From a virus (lineage: Duplodnaviria; Caudoviricetes), in the IMG/VR virus record IMGVR_UViG_3300037336_000026, positions 1 to 58,437 of that record: 58,437 nt of DNA; one strand, given 5' to 3'. Every line of letters begins with the position of its first letter. The first letter of the stretch is position 1. The notes under the pieces were generated by a model that saw only the letters and a list, made by a program, of their open reading frames with translations, searched no databases and was not told where the DNA came from. A program made the position numbers and the translations under genes. Positions 58,249 to 58,437 of the stretch are shown here, piece after piece.

Positions 58249-58404
58249 TTATATGAGCTTAAAGCCGTTGAGATAGTTAACAAAGCTGATGCGCTTACGG
58301 CGGAGAATAGCGGTTAGTAGAAACCCCCATACGTCCGCGTCGTCTTTGTACGGGAACACAAGGTACCAAGTACCGTATACACGTTTTAGTTCTGTTTTCA
58401 TCAT
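58249..58404 (-). CDS. early small protein (51 aa), duplicated in part at 1-140
   Basis: MMKTELKRVYGTWYLVFP...; TAAGGAGAC RBS. Confidence 0.6.
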   Translation of the reverse strand: MMKTELKRVYGTWYLVFPYKDDADVWGFLLTAILRRKRISFVNYLNGFKLI

Positions 58405-58437
58405 AGTCTCCTTAGTAGATGATTACTTCGTATTGCT
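58265..58437. repeat. terminal direct repeat / circular assembly overlap (copy 2)
   Basis: matches 1-173 with 2 mismatches. Confidence 0.95.

Noticed and set aside
1601-58404. alternative genetic code or lysogeny module
   Set aside because: Genes are intact under the standard code, the tRNA is not a suppressor, and no integrase or repressor was recognised

Overview
This looks like a complete, circularly assembled lytic dsDNA podovirus-like phage genome (unit about 58,264 bp, with a 173-bp end overlap carrying 2 mismatches). It has two opposed transcription blocks. The + strand (1.6-37.5 kb) carries the terminase, portal, scaffold, capsid, three fiber/tail proteins, lysis genes, PhoH and large internal (ejection) proteins. 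The - strand (37.5-58.4 kb, continuing into 1-1.2 kb) carries early genes, SSB, nucleotide metabolism, T7-like DNA polymerase, exonuclease, primase-helicase, an RNA polymerase, NrdA-glutaredoxin/NrdB and tRNA-Arg(UCU). The main finding is two single-subunit T7-family RNA polymerases: a canonical 732-aa enzyme in the replication block and a divergent 1372-aa enzyme at the end of the ejection-protein cluster, which is a candidate compact virion-packaged RNAP. Eight copies of a 16-bp phage promoter-like motif (AGNCGGTACCTAATAG) are spread over both strands. Other points of interest: an SNase-like domain on an ejection protein, a DNA polymerase with E710Q/Y766F-equivalent changes, a structured RNA candidate ahead of the tRNA, nucleotide-identical junction repeats in two tail fibers, and a promoter-plus-repeat candidate origin. 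All calls come from manual motif reading; no database searches were run.
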